In this document: piece after piece, positions 17,146 through 25,823 of the stretch
Position numbering within the stretch: position 1 is the stretch's first letter
Layout: every line of letters starts with the position of its first letter
DNA from: Victivallis vadensis
GTDB taxonomy: Bacteria; Verrucomicrobiota; Lentisphaeria; Victivallales; GWF2-50-93
Length of the DNA: 64,000 nt
Assembly (NCBI GenBank): GCA_945883805.1
Contig: CAMCYE010000008.1
Location: forward strand, 1,240 to 65,239
Reading direction: 5' to 3'
The notes under the pieces: generated by a model
Seen by the model: only the letters and a program-made list of their open reading frames with translations
Told to the model about the DNA's origin: nothing
Database searches by the model: none
Translations under genes and position numbers: made by a program

Positions 17146-17522
17146 AAAAAACAATTCAAAAAATCGAAGAAGTTTTCAAGGCCTCGCATCTTGCTGGGGA
17201 AAACAGGCCCGAACCTGTTTTCAGTGCCGATTGGCAATCCCGGCTCATGCTGGAAGTGAAATGCACAGCCTGGTCGGCGCGCACCCTGCGGGACAATGAA
17301 TCCCCTCTGAATATTTTCGCCTTCCGCCTAGGCTGGGCCATGCTTTGCTTCGCATTTGTTGTCTCAGCCGTCTTCTTCACGGTCGGAAAAAACTCGCTTA
17401 ACAAGACCGCGGAAGTCGGAATCAAGTCCTCGCTATGGGAGATAGTTGATCAAAATGTGAATGTATACGATGTGAATTTGTTTGATGAGACCGGGAAGGC
17501 TAAAGAGGGTGCGGTGAAATGA
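17142..17522 (+). CDS. putative single-pass anti-sigma factor
   Basis: ATGA overlap with the sigma stop. One hydrophobic segment (FAFRLGWAMLCFAFVVSAVFFTV). The call rests on position only. Confidence 0.5.
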   Translation: MKKTIQKIEEVFKASHLAGENRPEPVFSADWQSRLMLEVKCTAWSARTLRDNESPLNIFAFRLGWAMLCFAFVVSAVFFTVGKNSLNKTAEVGIKSSLWEIVDQNVNVYDVNLFDETGKAKEGAVK

Positions 17523-17992
17523 AAAAAAAGGGAATAGTTTTCGGCTTCCTTCTGTCATTGTTTGCGGGAATCATAATTGGGGCGTCCGGAGGTTTTTTAC
17601 TGTTTCCAAAGATTTCCCCGCCTCCGCCGCCTCAGGGTTCAAGTGACAAAGACAAGGCCGGCGGACCTCCGCCTCTTACCGCTGACGCCCTCCGTGAAAA
17701 GATTATGAAGCGTCTTGAAAGTGAACTTGAATTGACCGGGGAACAAAAAACGCAGGTTGAAAAGGAAGTGAAGCTTTTCGCCGACGAACTTGGGGTATTC
17801 CATACGGGTAACCGTGAGAAACTGATATCGATGTTTGATGCTTTCAAGATGAAACTTGCCGGTTTGCTCTCCAAAGAGCAGGCCATACGCCTTGAAAAGA
17901 TTTCAAGGGGAATATGCAGCCCTACGCCACCTCCTCAGGAACATGGTCAGAAACAGGGGCCAGAAGACCGCCGTCCGCCGAAGAACGATTGA
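17519..17992 (+). CDS. periplasmic LTxxQ-motif (Spy/CpxP-like) protein
   Basis: ATGA overlap with the upstream gene. N-terminal membrane anchor, Pro-rich linkers, LELTGEQKTQVEKEV and LLSKEQAIRLEKI motifs. Confidence 0.55.
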   Translation: MKKKGIVFGFLLSLFAGIIIGASGGFLLFPKISPPPPPQGSSDKDKAGGPPPLTADALREKIMKRLESELELTGEQKTQVEKEVKLFADELGVFHTGNREKLISMFDAFKMKLAGLLSKEQAIRLEKISRGICSPTPPPQEHGQKQGPEDRRPPKND

Positions 17993-18022
17993 AATATATT
18001 TTTCTCGCAATGGGAAAAATCA

Positions 18023-18049
18023 TGTAACCTTTCCTTCGTGTTCGCGTCT
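18023..18049 (+). promoter_or_regulatory. ECF-type promoter P2
   Basis: TGTAACC 18023-18029, CGTCT 18045-18049; same spacing as P1; 50 nt upstream of ATG 18099. Confidence 0.65.
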
Positions 18050-18098
18050 TTCTCTGTAGTTCAGTCAATAGAAAAGATTTCTCAGGAAGGGCGCTAAA

Positions 18099-19427
18099 AT
18101 GAAAAACAACGGATTGACAGGAAAGATTTGCGCGGGTCTGATCGGATTGATTTTATTTTGCGGAATAATGAAGGCGCAGGAAATGAATCTCGCGCAGACA
18201 TTGTCCGACGGGGCTCAGCGCACGACTCTGGCATTTGCCGGACTCGCAATGATTACCGGGAACTTGGAGGCGCAGACCTTCTTCCCTCCGGGCAAGGTTG
18301 CCGACTATACCGGTTTCCAGCACCTGCGCGACAATGACCCGGACAACATGGGGCACAACACCAGTTTCCTCACCAGGGTGGCCGAAAACGTCATCTACAT
18401 TCTGGACGACACCCAGCTTACCCAGCTGGCTGATCTAGCCGTGGCCCAGGAGGAAAAGTTCAATCTCTACGGCTACAAGCGTTATCCACTTATGGAAGCA
18501 TTTCGCCGCCTGCTTGAAGGAGATATTCCCGCCGGTTCCCCCGGACTGAATCTCAATGCCGTCAAGAAGGCCTCACGCGAACTTTATATCCTCGACGGCC
18601 AGATCAGCTTCGACCGCGCCCTCCTGTATGCCAATATCCTCAACTCACTGGATGCCGCCCAGAAAGCTCATCTGGACGCGATGAAAGGCAAAGGCTGGAA
18701 CTCGTGGCCGGACACCTCGGCAAACGAATACCAGGCCATCATCAAACCTAAGATGCAATCGTTGCCCAGAGGATCAGCAGTGCTAGTAATGACCTATGCC
18801 AGCGACCTGTTCAGCTGGTACGCCGGTTCAATTGAGGCTGATGTATATTTCTGTCCTGAACGTCATGGAACATATTACGGCTCCTTCTACATCAAGGATG
18901 CACCGGCCATAGGACACGAAGGTTACAGCATAGACGAACAGCTTACTGCCACTGCAGGTTCAGCGCTCTGCGACAGTTCCAAAGGATACGTAACGGCAAG
19001 TCAGGCTTCCCTGATGTCAAGCCTGATTGACACACAGCGGGACAACCTCTACGAAGGCAGCAGCAATATCGTCGATGTGAGAACACAGATTGCCATACAG
19101 TTGCGCGGACTGCTGACTTCGACGACCTCCAGTGATTCTGTAAAGACACAGGTGCTCGAATTGTCGTCCGTCTACGGGGATTTGGACGGGGAGAGCAACT
19201 ATCATTACGCCACCGTTTTCGCAGAGTTCTACAATACGTTGAGCGTCTCACAGAAGACCCAGCTTGCGGCTCTTCGCAAATCCATTATGTCCGGCACATA
19301 TTCGGACGGGACGCCGTTCGACTATACGCTCTGCACAATGCCTTTCCTGTATTCGGCCGAAATCACGGACCTGACCCTTCTTGATCCGTATATCGACAAC
19401 ACCGATTATCTGTTCTTCGAACCGTGA
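18099..19427 (+). CDS. secreted protein of unknown function with several LxxxQ (LTxxQ-like) segments
   Basis: Signal-like N-terminus. LDDTQLTQLADL, LDAAQKAHLDAM and LSVSQKTQLAALR. RBS AGGAAGG. Confidence 0.6.
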   Translation: MKNNGLTGKICAGLIGLILFCGIMKAQEMNLAQTLSDGAQRTTLAFAGLAMITGNLEAQTFFPPGKVADYTGFQHLRDNDPDNMGHNTSFLTRVAENVIYILDDTQLTQLADLAVAQEEKFNLYGYKRYPLMEAFRRLLEGDIPAGSPGLNLNAVKKASRELYILDGQISFDRALLYANILNSLDAAQKAHLDAMKGKGWNSWPDTSANEYQAIIKPKMQSLPRGSAVLVMTYASDLFSWYAGSIEADVYFCPERHGTYYGSFYIKDAPAIGHEGYSIDEQLTATAGSALCDSSKGYVTASQASLMSSLIDTQRDNLYEGSSNIVDVRTQIAIQLRGLLTSTTSSDSVKTQVLELSSVYGDLDGESNYHYATVFAEFYNTLSVSQKTQLAALRKSIMSGTYSDGTPFDYTLCTMPFLYSAEITDLTLLDPYIDNTDYLFFEP

Positions 19428-19441
19428 AAGAACGTAGCACA

Positions 19442-19480
19442 GGCCCTGGTCGCCTTCGGCGCCGCCCAAGGCGGGTAAAC
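19442..19480 (+). repeat. intergenic repeat module (double mini-hairpin followed by GTAAAC)
   Basis: ggccctggtCGCCttcGGCGCCGCCcaaGGCGGgtaaac, 15 nt after the stop at 19427. Confidence 0.7.
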
Positions 19481-19592
19481 ATCTTGCCTGTGTTCTTCGT
19501 CCGGGCATACCGCCCGTTCCATATGAATTAAGAAAGAGAAAGCGACAGGCGGGACGCCTATCCTACATTGCCGGAAAATAAAAGCTTCCACC

Positions 19593-19619
19593 TGTAACCT
19601 TTTCTCTAATCCCGCGTCT
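19593..19619 (+). promoter_or_regulatory. ECF-type promoter P3
   Basis: TGTAACC 19593-19599, CGTCT 19615-19619; same spacing; 62 nt upstream of ATG 19681. Confidence 0.65.
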
Positions 19620-19680
19620 TTGTTTACAGATTACAGTGAATAGACATCCATTGGCATTTTGACTGAAAGGAAAACTTTCG

Positions 19681-21438
19681 ATGAAAAAATATTTTTTGAT
19701 CTTGGCACTTTTGATGTGCATGTCGGCGTTCGTTTCGGCTCAGGGGAAAATACCCGGACTGGCACTGATTCCGGGAGGATCTTTTGAAATGGGGGATCAC
19801 CATGGCTTTGTCGATCCCAAACATGGAGGCGATGAAATTCCGGTTCATAATGTGCGGCTCGATTCATTCTACATCGGCATAAACGATGTGAACACAAAAG
19901 AATATTGCGATTTTTTGAATTCGGCGTTGGCGCAGAAACAGATAACGGTAAAACAGGGAGGAGTGTATCTCGTCAATGGGAACGATCTGCTTTGCGAAAC
20001 TCGCGAAATGTCCCCTTACAGCCGCATCGGCTGGACTGATGGCAAGTTCACAGTTCTCGACCGGAAGGAAAATCATCCTATAATCTGCATCCGCTGGCCG
20101 GGCGCAGCGGCTTATTGCAACTGGCTGAGTGCACAGAAAGGATTGCCGCTCTGCTATAACACTTCCACGTGGGACTGTGATTTCAACAAGAGCGGGTATC
20201 GTCTGCCGACCGAGGCGGAGTGGGAATACGCCGCACGCGGCGGTCAGCAGAAGCCTTATTGGAATTTCCCGTGGGCCAATGAGGCGGATCCGGCAAAAGC
20301 CAACTGGCCGGAATCGAAAAACCCATACCGCAGCGGACCTGAGCCCTGGACTGTGCCGGTCGGATTCTTCGACGGGAAACTGCACAGCAAGTCCGATTAC
20401 GGCTGGCCAGGCATGCAGGAAACTTTTCAAACGGCGAATGGCGCGAACGGCTATGGGCTCTATGATATGGCGGGCAATGTCTGGCAGTTCGTGAATGACT
20501 GGTATGTCCGTGATTACTATTCCTACAGTCCCGCGGAAAATCCACCCGGACCGGAACGCGGAAGCCTCATGCCGGACGGCAAGGCGTACCGCGGAATGCG
20601 CGGTGGAAACTGGTTCAACGGCGAGAACGGTCACAGCCGAGTGTCGAACCGCAATCCGTCTTATTGGCGCGGACCGAAGGATCCGGATCATCCATATTAC
20701 CACATCGGATTCCGTGTCGCTTTACCGGTGAATGCCGAGAGTCGTCCTATTTTAAAACCGACACCTGTACAGAAAGTGGAACGTGGCGAAGCCGCACCAA
20801 AAGCACAGGCTTCAAAAGATTCCAATAGACTTCCGCGTCAGGAAACGTCGCAGACAGTCGGCAACAGTTCGTTCATTTTGCGAAGTTCGCAGGTTTCTGA
20901 CGGCGGGAATTTGCCGGCGGAGTTCACCGGAGACGGAAGCGGTGACACCCTGCCGTTGGAATGGAGCGGAGCCCCAAACGGAACTAAAAGCTATGCGCTC
21001 ATCATGCACCACATTGATCCCAAAGGTGTCGCAAAATGGTATTGGATTCTATACAATATTCCGGCAGACGTCCAAAGCCTTTCCAAAAATGTAAAAGGGG
21101 TCGGGACATTGGGAAACAACAGTGTAAATGAACGGGCGGAATATGCGCCGCCGCATTCCAAGGGGCCGGGCCCAAAAAATTACATTTATACCGTTTACGC
21201 CTTGTCGGCCGCTCCGCAACCCAGTGTCTCGCCTGACAAAGTAAACCGCGAAGTATTGCTGGAGGCCATGAAGGATAAGATACTGGCCTCTGCGGAACTG
21301 CACGTTGTTTACTCGCGCCCGGAGGGAAGTGTTGAAAAAGCGGAGGAGGGCCGTCCCGGTCCGCCACCTCCGCCAAGAGACAGACCGAATGATTCCGATC
21401 CCAAATCCCGTCAAAACGAACCACCACCCAAACAATAA
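19681..21438 (+). CDS. secreted fusion protein: FGE-sulfatase (SUMF1-like) domain plus YbhB/PEBP-family domain, with a Pro-rich tail
   Basis: N-terminal signal. RLPTEAEWEYAARGG, GLYDMAGNVWQFVNDWY and RGGNWFN (FGE fold). C-terminal PLEWSGAPNGTKSYALIMHHIDPKGVAKWYWILYNIP (PEBP/YbhB pattern). Confidence 0.75.
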   Translation: MKKYFLILALLMCMSAFVSAQGKIPGLALIPGGSFEMGDHHGFVDPKHGGDEIPVHNVRLDSFYIGINDVNTKEYCDFLNSALAQKQITVKQGGVYLVNGNDLLCETREMSPYSRIGWTDGKFTVLDRKENHPIICIRWPGAAAYCNWLSAQKGLPLCYNTSTWDCDFNKSGYRLPTEAEWEYAARGGQQKPYWNFPWANEADPAKANWPESKNPYRSGPEPWTVPVGFFDGKLHSKSDYGWPGMQETFQTANGANGYGLYDMAGNVWQFVNDWYVRDYYSYSPAENPPGPERGSLMPDGKAYRGMRGGNWFNGENGHSRVSNRNPSYWRGPKDPDHPYYHIGFRVALPVNAESRPILKPTPVQKVERGEAAPKAQASKDSNRLPRQETSQTVGNSSFILRSSQVSDGGNLPAEFTGDGSGDTLPLEWSGAPNGTKSYALIMHHIDPKGVAKWYWILYNIPADVQSLSKNVKGVGTLGNNSVNERAEYAPPHSKGPGPKNYIYTVYALSAAPQPSVSPDKVNREVLLEAMKDKILASAELHVVYSRPEGSVEKAEEGRPGPPPPPRDRPNDSDPKSRQNEPPPKQ

Positions 21439-21447
21439 GGAGCCGCA

Positions 21448-23112
21448 ATGAAAAAATATGATGAAACGAGTCTTAGTTCACGTATGTTACGAACTTGGAA
21501 AACCATAAATCCCGTATGCATCTTCGGATTGCTTGCCTTGTTTGCGGCATCGCCGGTCATCGGGCAGGATGCGAATAGGCCGCCACAGGATGAAAACCGA
21601 CCGCAACGCTCGGATTCCGGGCCGGGCAGCAAAGACGGGGCTACCATGGGTGTGCGTGCAGTCATGTCGGAAAACAGGACTCCGACATCGCCGAATCCCG
21701 GACAGACTGTCGGACTGTTTCTCAACACGCCCAAAGCGTTCAAGGGATACACATTATTTGCGCCGAAACACAACAACATCATTTATTTGATCGACAATGA
21801 TGGACGCATCGTCAACCAGTGGAAGAGCTCATATGAGCCTGGTCAGTCGGTACACCTCAAACCCAACGGCAACCTGCTGCATTGCTGCTTCACGAAAAAC
21901 AAAGGATTCACCAGCGGCGGTGAAGGGGGACGTGTCGAAGAATTCGACTGGAACGGGAATCTGATCTGGGAGTTCGAGTATTCGAACGACCAGCATCTCT
22001 CGCATCATGACATCGCGCCGCTGCTGAACGGCAACATCCTTATGCTTGTCGTCGAGAAGAAATCCTATGAGGAAAGCCTCGCCGCCGGTTTCAATCCGGA
22101 CATGCTGCGCGACCGTCAATTGTTTCCGGATTCCATCATCGAGGTGGAGCCGACATATCCCAAGGGCGGAAAGATCGTCTGGGAATGGCGTGTCTGGGAT
22201 CATCTCATCCAGAATTCCGACAAGAACAAACCCAATTACGGCGATATCTCCGCGCATCCGGAATTGATTGACGTTGCCTGCAACGGCCGGCCGGTGCCAG
22301 CGTTCTGGAACCACATGAACTCCATCGCCTACAATCCGAAACTCGATCAGATTGTGCTCAGTGTTCGCGGTTGCAACGAGATTTGGTTTCTCGATCACAG
22401 CACCACAACAAAGGAGGCCGCCAGCCACTCCGGCGGAAAGCACGGCAAAGGCGGAGATCTCATTTACCGCTGGGGAAATCCCGCCGCCTACAAGCGCGGA
22501 ACTGTCGCCGACAAACAGCTTGTCCAGCAGCATGACGCCCAGTGGATTCCCGACGGATATCCCGGCGCGGGCAATGTCACCATATTCAATAACGGTTATG
22601 ATCGCGGCTGGTCAAGCATCGAGGAAATAGTTCCCCCGCTTGATGCAAACGGACGTTACATCCTGGACTCAGGCAAAGCTTACGGTCCGGAAAAACCGGT
22701 CTGGCGCTATGAGACGAAAAACCGCACAGATTTCTTCTCGTCGGAAATATCCGGCGCGCACCGTCTGCCAAATGGAAACACACTGATCTGTGCCGGTGTA
22801 ATCGGCAACCTGTTCGAGATCACGCCTGCCGGTGAGACTGTCTGGCAATATGTGAATCCTATGGTCCGCGGCGGAATTCTGGCGCAGGGGGAGATTCCCG
22901 GGAAAGACATGCGAGGTCATCTCTGGAACGCCGTCTTCAAGATTCACCGCTATGCGCCGGATTATCCCGGACTTGCCGGACGCGATCTCGCTCCAAAAGG
23001 CGTAATTGAGCTGCCGGCCGCACAGAAAGGGAAAACTGGACTTGACAAGGCCGACGCACCAGCCGAGGACCGCGACCGCTTCAGCAGGGGCAAAGGCGGC
23101 CAAAGACCGTAA
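21448..23112 (+). CDS. aryl-sulfotransferase-like (ASST/Arylsulfotran_2-type) beta-propeller protein, paralogue 1
   Basis: Starts 10 nt after the FGE-PEBP stop, with RBS AAGGAG. The pattern is shared with paralogue 2: HHD, VWEWxxxDH, WxHxNS, GGDxxYRxGxPxxY, QHDxxWI and LPNGNTxIC. Confidence 0.6.
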   Translation: MKKYDETSLSSRMLRTWKTINPVCIFGLLALFAASPVIGQDANRPPQDENRPQRSDSGPGSKDGATMGVRAVMSENRTPTSPNPGQTVGLFLNTPKAFKGYTLFAPKHNNIIYLIDNDGRIVNQWKSSYEPGQSVHLKPNGNLLHCCFTKNKGFTSGGEGGRVEEFDWNGNLIWEFEYSNDQHLSHHDIAPLLNGNILMLVVEKKSYEESLAAGFNPDMLRDRQLFPDSIIEVEPTYPKGGKIVWEWRVWDHLIQNSDKNKPNYGDISAHPELIDVACNGRPVPAFWNHMNSIAYNPKLDQIVLSVRGCNEIWFLDHSTTTKEAASHSGGKHGKGGDLIYRWGNPAAYKRGTVADKQLVQQHDAQWIPDGYPGAGNVTIFNNGYDRGWSSIEEIVPPLDANGRYILDSGKAYGPEKPVWRYETKNRTDFFSSEISGAHRLPNGNTLICAGVIGNLFEITPAGETVWQYVNPMVRGGILAQGEIPGKDMRGHLWNAVFKIHRYAPDYPGLAGRDLAPKGVIELPAAQKGKTGLDKADAPAEDRDRFSRGKGGQRP

Positions 23113-23165
23113 CTTTAGTCGCTGGTCGTTAGTCGTCAGTAATTGGTCAATCTTCTGAAACTGCC

Positions 23166-23247
23166 GTTGGTGTTCACGGCCCTGGTCGCACGCCTGAGGC
23201 GCGTAAACCTTAGGCGCTGCCAGAGGCAGGTAAACTTTAGCGTGTCT
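23166..23247 (+). repeat. composite intergenic repeat (GTTGGNGTTCACGGC, two hairpin-GTAAAC modules, then TTTAGCGTGTCT)
   Basis: gttggtgttcacggccctggtcgcaCGCCtgaGGCGcgtaaaccttaggcgCTGCCagaGGCAGgtaaactttagcgtgtct. Homologous to 45586-45648. Confidence 0.75.
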
Positions 23248-23326
23248 TTTTCTTTAAAACTTGGTCACGCGGCCACTTGGAATCTTTTGAAAACTTTGAA
23301 ATTCCTATACTTGAAAAAATATGTTC

Positions 23327-23353
23327 TGTAACTTTGCCTCCCATCAAACGTCT
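23327..23353 (+). promoter_or_regulatory. ECF-type promoter P4
   Basis: TGTAACT 23327-23333, CGTCT 23349-23353; same spacing; upstream of the second ASST-like gene. Confidence 0.6.
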
Positions 23354-23403
23354 ATAACTATAAAATGAACCGTGAACTGAATTGCAACCAAAGGATTCCG
23401 CAT

Positions 23404-24945
23404 ATGAAAGAAATAATTCTTCTTCTGGCTGTGCTTTCCACTTCGGCCCTGGCTTATGAACGACTGCAGGGACCGACCGAACTGCTGTTCTGCGACAAGG
23501 ACAAAGCTCTCAAGGGCTACACTTTCTTCGGCGTCGGCAGCCGGACCTACCTGCTGGATATGGAAGGTCTCGTTGTCCATACCTGGCCCATCGGGACGAA
23601 TCCGCATCTGCTCGACAATGGAAATATTATTGATGCTTCAAAGGATGATCCCAGCGGGTTCCAGGGTTTCAAGGAAGTTGACTGGGACGGAAAAACTGTC
23701 TGGGAATACACTGAGAAACGCGAGGGTTACGCTCCACATCACGACTGGGTGCGCATATTCAACAAAAAGTTAAACGCACCCACCACTCTTTACATCGCCA
23801 ACAAATCCATAACCAATGAGCAGGCCGTCGCCGCCGGTGCCGATCCGAAGAAAGGTCCATATCGCGAGGGGCAAATGGATGCAGTCGTCGAAGTGGACAT
23901 GCAGGGAAATGTTGTGTGGGAATGGTGCTTCTTCGATCATGTGGTACAGGACATTGATCCGGAAAAGCCTAACCATGTCGGACAAGGAAAGACAATAGCC
24001 GACTATCCCGGCCGAATAAACATCAATATGCCGGGACGCCCGCTAAGGCGTGACTGGCTGCACTGCAATTCTATGGATTACAATGCGGAGTTGGGACACG
24101 TCGTAATCAACTCCGTGCAGGGAGAACTGTATGTGATTGATCACGACGGCACTTTTGTCGCCAGCGATTCTAAGGCAGGTATCGCCAAAGCCGCAGGACC
24201 GGCTGGCGATTTCCTCTACCGCTTCGGAGATCCGGCACGCTATGCACAGGGAGATCCGCCGAAAGTTCTGGAAAACTGGGACTCGGCGACTTCCGGGCAC
24301 AAGCAGATGGGTGGAGCGCACGACGTCCACTGGATTCGCCCGGGTCTGCCGGGAGCAGGGCACATCATGGTCTTCAACAACGGCCAGTATCTGTATCAGC
24401 GCACTCCGCAGTCATCCATACTCGAAATCAATCCATTCCTGGATGCTAACGGACGCGATACTGGCAAGTATGTAAATCCTCCAAATGCAGGGTACCGCCG
24501 CGAGTCATACGAAAAGGACACGCATAACCAGCCGCGTCAGATCTCCAAGCAGGTTGTCTGGAGCTACAGGTCTGTAAACAGCCACGGTTTCTTCAGCCAT
24601 ATAGGTTCGAGCGGTCAGCGTTTGCCGAACGGGAATACGTTCATATGTTCCGATACCGAAGGGCATTTCTTCGAGGTGACGGCAGACGGAAAACTCGCAT
24701 GGGAATACATAAATCCAGTCACGCGAGACGGCGCAGTGAGAACTATCGAAGACGTCTTGCCGATGGCAAACTCCGCGTTCCGGGCCTACCGATATGCCGT
24801 CGATCATCCGGCCTTCAAGGGACGTGATCTGACACCGAAAGGAACCATCACCGAACGCGCCTCACAAGGACTGGATATCCAACCCAAGAGTCGTAAAGCC
24901 GAAGATCGCCAACCAGCCCGTTATAATAAACGGCAAGAACAATAA
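23404..24945 (+). CDS. aryl-sulfotransferase-like beta-propeller protein, paralogue 2
   Basis: Clear paralogue of 21448-23112. The start is taken at MKEIILLLAVLSTSALA (signal peptide, 23404). ATG 23365 would lie about 5 nt from the predicted transcription start. Confidence 0.6.
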   Translation: MKEIILLLAVLSTSALAYERLQGPTELLFCDKDKALKGYTFFGVGSRTYLLDMEGLVVHTWPIGTNPHLLDNGNIIDASKDDPSGFQGFKEVDWDGKTVWEYTEKREGYAPHHDWVRIFNKKLNAPTTLYIANKSITNEQAVAAGADPKKGPYREGQMDAVVEVDMQGNVVWEWCFFDHVVQDIDPEKPNHVGQGKTIADYPGRININMPGRPLRRDWLHCNSMDYNAELGHVVINSVQGELYVIDHDGTFVASDSKAGIAKAAGPAGDFLYRFGDPARYAQGDPPKVLENWDSATSGHKQMGGAHDVHWIRPGLPGAGHIMVFNNGQYLYQRTPQSSILEINPFLDANGRDTGKYVNPPNAGYRRESYEKDTHNQPRQISKQVVWSYRSVNSHGFFSHIGSSGQRLPNGNTFICSDTEGHFFEVTADGKLAWEYINPVTRDGAVRTIEDVLPMANSAFRAYRYAVDHPAFKGRDLTPKGTITERASQGLDIQPKSRKAEDRQPARYNKRQEQ

Positions 24946-25026
24946 TCCTACAATTGAAGTTGGATAATACAACACCTCTCCATTTTCCAACAGCATAAGT
25001 CCTCCCCGCCAAAAACACATGATCCC

Positions 25027-25114
25027 CATCCGGCAGAAGTCGGGAGCGGGGATGATTGGAACTTACGGGCAATCTAATTTATGACTTGAAGCAATCCGCC
25101 GATTAATCCGCACA
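25027..25114. repeat. left copy of an ~88-bp inverted repeat (partner at 29035-29120)
   Basis: AATCCGCCGATTAATCCGCACA (25093-25114) is the exact reverse complement of 29035-29056. The remaining ~65 nt align at roughly 75-80% identity with one indel. Confidence 0.7.
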
Positions 25115-25823
25115 TCGAGCCCTGCTAACAGACGACCCCATAACCCGACCACAGCAGATCCGGACACTCCGGACGGGGTTTCAGATGTTACGCATGCCAG
25201 TGTGGATTATTTCATCCTGTTCCAGGAATCCCGGTCTCGAAAATATTTCCCGCTTATATGCGCACGGGGTTCCGGGAAAGCGTCCTAAGCGTCCGCGGCA
25301 TAAAGGATTAAATTAAAAGAATTAGGTTATCTATGGCTAATATAAAGACCGTGCAAGCTGCCAGTCGCTAAACATGAAATATCTTTGAAGTGCCGGTCAA
25401 TTCAAGCTAACCTGCTTATATCAGCACTACTCACAATGAAGTAAAAAAAACCTTATATTTAGCCACAAACCGGTGTTCTCTCTATATAATAAATATAACC
25501 AAAACACCGGTTCATCTTTTCTGTGAAGTTACAGGGTGCTGCGGATCCTGAAAATAGCCCATATAAAAAGAGGCCTTCCCCCTCCTACTTCTTATTTTTC
25601 TTCACCGAATCTTTGATTGTAACTGCAGTCACAACCAATACGCATACGGCCTCTACGGCCATAATTATCAGCCTTATCAATGCAGGATTCATTTTCTGCT
25701 TTTCCTTATTCTTTTAGAGGAGGCTGCTGGCGACACAAACAGGAAGACTGGCACAGGCATTCCTTGGAACACCTGCACCAGCCCTGCATTCCTGTCAGAC
25801 GTACCAGTGCCTCAAAATTCTGT

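Noticed and set aside
25585-25692. A 35-aa minus-strand ORF (MNPALIRLIIMAVEAVCVLVVTAVTIKDSVKKNKK) as a small membrane protein or toxin.
   Set aside because: It is plausible (hydrophobic core, basic tail) but too short to support without conservation data. It also overlaps an equally unsupported plus-strand ORF.
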